DNA of 64,000 bases from Pristiophorus japonicus (taxonomy: Eukaryota). A program made the translations under genes and the position numbers. Where the stretch lies: assembly GCF_044704955.1 (NCBI RefSeq), contig NC_091985.1:64356001-64420000 (forward strand). The letters are read 5' to 3'. Under the pieces are notes generated by a model, which saw nothing but the letters and a program-made list of their open reading frames with translations, was not told the DNA's origin and did not search any database. Positions 60,397 to 64,000 of the stretch are shown piece after piece. How positions within the stretch are numbered: position 1 is the first letter of the stretch; each line of letters opens with the position of its first letter.

Positions 60397-63300
60397 GTGA
60401 GTATGTCTGCTATCACCTTAAACTGGCACCCGTCTCTTGGAGCAAGCTTTCGGCCACCTTTCCATCCAAGCTCGGCGCATCTTCCTTTATTCAGCCGAAG
60501 CTCCTTGGGGTGATCTACGTTTAAATCTCTGTAAAAAGTCCAACTTTTGTTGAGATTTTCTAGCAGGCCCCATTGCCCCATGTCTGCATTTCAGCACGGG
60601 TCCAATGTTTTCTAAACTTTTGAAGATGTGGGTCTCGCTGGTAAGGCTGGCATTTATTGCTCATTCCGAGTTGCTGCAGTCCATGCTAGGTCTAAGTCGG
60701 GATGGTGCACTTGGAGTTGATGGTGTTCCCATGCAACTACTGCCCTTTCCTTCTAGGTGGAGTTTGTGGGTTTGCGAGGTGTTCCTCACAAAGCCTTGAT
60801 GAGTTGCTGCAGCATATCCTATAGATAGTACACACTGTAACCATGGCATGCTGGTGGTGGAGGGAGTGAATGTTTAATGTGGTGGATGGGGTGTTGATCA
60901 AGCAGACTGCTATGTCCTCGAAGGTGTTTAACCTCTTCGGTGGTGTTGGAGCTGTACCCAACTAAGGGAGTGGAGTGCATTTCCATCGCACTTATGCTTT
61001 GTAGGTGAGCCACTCACTGCAAACTACCCAACCTCTGACCTACTCAGGATTTAAATTGCTGTTGGTGTCTGTACATTCATACATTTACTTTGTGTTTTTG
61101 CATTTCAATAGAAAAACATTACATTTATGTTGGGGGCAACAATGTTTCTGCACAACTGCTAAATTTATCGATGAAAGACTTATCTAACCTAGTAGAAAAT
61201 GTGGGTACACAAGTACTAATCTAAATTCTGTCTTAAAAATAGGCTAGTGCCAGTAGCCAGTGTTGTAACGTTTGGGTATTGTTTTGCAGGGTTTCTGAAA
61301 AAGCAGTGCCAGCTCAAATTGTTGAACTGGTGAGTTTCAATTATTTTTTGTGTTTAGTATCTACTGATTACAGTGCTTCTCAAACACAAAGCTTTCGGCC
61401 ATCTCTCCACCCAACTATTTATATACCAAGCATCAAGCTTGGTTACAGATAGAACTGAACACCTGGAAACAGATGACCCTGTGAAACATAGAAACATAGA
61501 AAAATAGGTGCAGGAGTCAGCCCTTCGTGCCTGCACCACCATTCAATAAGATCATGGCTGATCATTCATCTGAATACCCCTTTCCTGCTTTCTCTCCATG
61601 CCCCTTGATCCCTTTAGCCATAAGGGCCATATCTAACTCCTTCTTGAATATATGTAACGAACTGGCATCAACAACTCTCTGCGGTAGAGAATTCCACAGG
61701 TTCACAACTGAGTGAAGAAGTTTCTCCTCATCTCGGTCCTAAATGGCTTACCCCTTATCCTTAGACTGTGATCCCTGGTTCTGGACTTTCCCCAACATCG
61801 GGAACCACCTTCTTGCATCTAACCTGTCCAGTCCCATCAGAATTTTATATGTTTCTATGAGATCCCCCTGATTCTTCTAAAGTCCAGTGAATACATGCCC
61901 AGTCGATCCAGTCTCTCCTCGTGAATCAGTCTGGTAAGCCTTCGCTGCACTCCCTCAATAGCAAGAATGTCCTTCCTCAGATTAGGAGACCAAAACTGAA
62001 CACACAATTCCAGGTGAGGCCTCACCAAGGCCCTGTATAACTGCAGTAAGACCTCCCTGCTCATATACTCAAATCCCCTAGCTATGAAGGCCAACATGCT
62101 ATTTGCTGTCTTCACTGCATGCTGTACCTGCATGCCAACTTTCAATGACTGATGTACCATGACACCTAGGTCTCGTTGCACCTCCCCTTTTCCTAATCTT
62201 CTGCCATTCAGATAATAATCTGCCTGCAGTCTCTTAGCATCCTCCTCACAGCTCACACTGCCACCCAGCTTAGTGTCATCTGCAAACTTGGAGATATTAC
62301 ACTCAATTCCTTCATCTAAATCATTGATGTAAAATGTAAATAGCTGGGATCCCAGCACTGAGCCCTGTGGCACCCCACTAGTCACTGCCTGCCATTCTGA
62401 AACTGTGCACTGTCAGTCCCACTGAGCTTGACAATGGTGAACGCATGTTGGATGAGGATGGTGTGGTCAACCATGTCAGAAGCTGCAGAGAGGTTTAGGA
62501 GGTTGGGAAAGAAATTACACACAATCCCTGTCTGAGGATGTAATTTGTGACTTTGATTAGTGTTGTTTCAGTGCTGTGGTAGGGAAGTACTATGGTATGG
62601 ATGGCACCCTGTTTCCAATTCAAACATGGAATTGCAGGACAGTTGGCACAAAGGCAACAACACGTTCAAGCGCTTTGGAGAGGAATGGGATGTTGAAGAT
62701 GGGACAGTAGTTTTCAAGGACAAAGGGCTTGAGGGTGGATTTTTGAGGGTGGCGGCGATGGTGGTTTTGAAAGCCAGGACACTACCTGAGGAGCAGGAAC
62801 CATTGATAACGCCAACTATCTTGGGGGCCCAAGAAGAGAAGGTAGTGGGTTGGGAGGTGATCAGCAGTTTAGTCAGAATGGGGTCAAGGGAGCATGAGGC
62901 AAGTCTCTTGGACAAGATGAGGTTAGCGAGGGATGAATGGGGATGAGAAATTGGAGAAAAATGTTGGTTCATGGATAGGGTGGGGGGGAGCATGGGGGCA
63001 GGCAGACTAAGTGGTGAAGCAGCTGAATGGTTGGTCTCAATCTTGGTGACAAAGAAGTCTCTTGGTGGTGAGCGGAGAGGGGTTTAAGGAGGCAGTTTGT
63101 AGTGGAGAAAAGACTGGAGGAGTGATAATTTTGCTCTCCAGGATGATTCTGCAGTCGTGTGTGGTTTTGGCAGAGGAGACTGAGACTCAATTGTGCTTGA
63201 TGTGGTCCAGCCAGTTCAAGTGATGGGCAGCTAAATCTGTTGAGCACCAGATATGCTCAAGTCTGCTCTTGGAAATTAAGTATGCATCCTCCCCCAAAAT

Positions 63301-64000
63301 GTGAAAGAGAATACTATTAATGGTGAGATTTTCTGGAATATTTTATAAAAGCATTAAAATTTTACAATTCTGTAAAATCTCATTCTTCAAATTAGCCTCA
63401 AGTTCTTAACATTGCAGTTCTAGAATCTGAATCGGACATCACAGTACCTGGAACTGCATTTGTAAGTCCTTCTGAAAACACCTAATACATTTACAAAGCT
63501 TGCATAAACATAGGTGCAATCTATGTGTTAATAGAATACATATTAGGGACTAGTGGGATACAAAAATAAGTGTTATGAATCATTTGCTGTTCAGCAGTAT
63601 TTTAGTATATACTAAACTATTGGTATCAGGTGTATGCCTCATTTCGACCATTTAGAATGGCAATAACATTTAATGACATTTGTGTGTTTTATGTCTGTTC
63701 AAATATTTGGTACAGACTACAGCTTATCAATGTTTTTCATGGTTCCTCAGAAAAGATCCTAGACTTTATCTCCCAATGTTGGACTAAAGTCAAGAATTCC
63801 TTTTCTGGGGAATCTGTGACACGAAATGCCTGAAGAACACTTTGTGTCTACAAATATTCTTCAGATTATTTATATTCAAATATATTTTCAGGCTGACAGC
63901 TCAGAACAGTCCGATTCAGAGAGTGATGCAGAATCTGGCTCTGAACAGGTGACTGCCTACCAACATCTGTGCTCCACCTTAAATGTCGCAGAGGATGAAG
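60287..64000 (+). CDS. UTP25: U3 snoRNA-associated protein 25 / digestive organ expansion factor, 5' part; join(60287..60396,61290..61329,63892..>64000)
   Basis: Translation MGKRKSSGRSRESGSNLTKKQMKHLREFGEEHPFHDKVSEKAVPAQIVELADSSEQSDSESDAESGSEQVTAYQHLCSTL matches the UTP25/DIEXF N-terminus (LTKKQxKHLRxFGEEHPF, then an acidic Ser-rich tract); canonical splice sites. Confidence 0.93.
61290..61329 (+). CDS. UTP25: UTP25 coding exon 2
   Basis: ttttgcag acceptor and CTG|GTGAGT donor; 40 nt encoding VSEKAVPAQIVEL. Confidence 0.88.
61483..62402 (-). mobile_element. CR1 LINE (TTTCTATG family), 5'-truncated with internal deletions
   Basis: ORF 61855-62385 with GVPQGSVLG and FADD; tail at about 61483-61505. 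Confidence 0.92.
62405..63235 (-). mobile_element. L2 LINE RT fragment
   Basis: Encodes SCSLDPILTKLL..INGSCSSG; LLNLSAASDMVDHTIL-like motif. Confidence 0.7.
63892..64000 (+). CDS. UTP25: UTP25 coding exon 3 (truncated by window end)
   Basis: ttttcag acceptor; encodes ADSSEQSDSESDAESGSEQVTAYQHLCSTLNVAEDE. Confidence 0.9.

Overview
Eukaryotic, repeat-rich vertebrate DNA. The repeat complement (CR1 LINEs with TTCTATG/TTCTTATG tails, Deu-domain tRNA SINEs, Harbinger MITEs, a Penelope-type fragment) points to a cartilaginous fish, probably a shark (inference). I reconstructed three spliced protein-coding genes by reading splice sites by hand. (1) MRPS10 on + is complete: 7 coding exons, 6397-30949, 202 aa, with one GC-AG intron. 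(2) A gene I do not recognise lies on -: 5 coding exons, 56754-46058, 200 aa, almost entirely RG/RGG and polyproline, all introns phase 2. (3) The first three exons of UTP25/DIEXF lie on +, from 60287 to the window end, head-to-head with the unknown gene across a compact CCAAT/GC-box/YY1 promoter. The rest is mostly nested transposons: many CR1 copies, an internally deleted Gypsy element with both LTRs, PBS, PPT and a 5-bp TSD, RTE and L2 fragments, PIF/Harbinger elements, pogo/Tigger-like MITEs and SINEs. Best leads: the uncharacterised RGG/proline gene, a hammerhead-ribozyme core in a Penelope-type insert, a -1 slippery-site-like junction between CR1 ORF1 and ORF2, a chimeric CR1, and a perfect 24-bp foldback at a CR1 5' junction. 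Most ORFs in the supplied track are transposon or antisense artefacts. Repeat-family names and human-protein comparisons are from memory, not from a search.
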